A DNA stretch of 63,613 bases, counting the filler, from Porpidia crustulata (taxonomy: Eukaryota), in assembly GCA_964255105.1 (NCBI GenBank). It is 11 parts of 11 records of this genome, joined end to end, with 100 filler letters (N's around TTAATTAATTAA, not from the genome) between each part and the next. Parts side by side here need not be neighbours in the genome. Positions count along the whole stretch, not along the records: positions 57,943 to 63,613 come from CAXUWE010001735.1; 10 more parts are not named here. One strand, written 5' to 3'. A program made the translations under genes and the position numbers. Under the pieces are notes generated by a model. It ran no database searches, had not been told where the DNA came from, and saw only the letters and a list, made by a program, of their open reading frames with translations. Below, in pieces: positions 63,000 to 63,613 of the stretch (positions within the stretch are counted from its first letter, which is position 1; the number at the start of each line of letters is the position of its first letter).

Positions 63000-63613
63000 G
63001 CCACACATGGGGTGGTGGGTCTGACCGAAAGTATCGACGAACGTAATGCGAGAAACCACGACGTTCGGAGCGTATAACGCTCATCCACAAGATGCTGCGG
63101 ATGAAAGCTTCGACCCTAATCCACCCCAATCAAGCGCCAGCTGAGATACAGAAGCTCTCTCACACCGCAAATACAAGAGACCAGATCTCCACACCTCCCA
63201 AAAGCGACCTCAAATTCACATGATCCAAGCCACGCACCCCCTCTGGCTGTATAGAAATTTTACATTCTGTGCAAGCAGAAGACCGAAGACCAAAGACCGA
63301 TCATGCTCGCTCAATCTTGTCTGGTGGCCTTGCTAGGAACCCCCTTTACACATGCCCAAATGACCATCGCAACATCTCCTGAATCCTCCCAGTCATTCCC
63401 GTATCTAATCCCTCCCCCAACCATCCCATCTCTCTCCTCGCCACCGCCATAAACATCTGCACCACAGCAACGAAAACAAAATCACCGAAACTCACCGGAA
63501 AGCTCGTGGTTTCAATATTTGATTTGCAATATTTGATATTGGCATACCATGTCCAAAGACACAAAACTAAACATAGCGCCCCATTTTCCACAACGCCATC
63601 CTCCGTGAGACTA

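Overview
Eukaryotic, intron-rich filamentous ascomycete (Pezizomycotina) DNA. The window is not one locus: it is 11 unrelated contigs of 5671-5711 bp, ordered by decreasing length and joined by artificial 100-nt linkers (N44-TTAATTAATTAA-N44), so adjacency across linkers has no biological meaning. Core genes: a SUT1/SLC45-type sugar transporter, VPS16, FOL1 (HPPK-DHPS), PDS5, SF3B1/HSH155, U1-C, an Air1/2-like zinc-knuckle protein, ORM1, YPI1 and an agmatinase. Accessory genes: a GH128 glucanase, a nitronate monooxygenase, a PTH11-like receptor + O-methyltransferase + UbiA/Coq2-like prenyltransferase trio, an intronless membrane protein/ABHD12-like pair, a BBE-like FAD oxidoreductase and two F-box-type genes. 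There are also DNA-transposon ends and degraded sequence. Many genes are cut by contig ends. The most striking observation is in the U1-C gene: its conserved N-terminus (MPKFFCDYC) can only be rebuilt by splicing a U2-type intron with non-canonical AT-AC ends followed by a 6-nt microexon, which suggests a splicing-based autoregulatory sensor. Family calls come from recalled motifs; no database searches were run.
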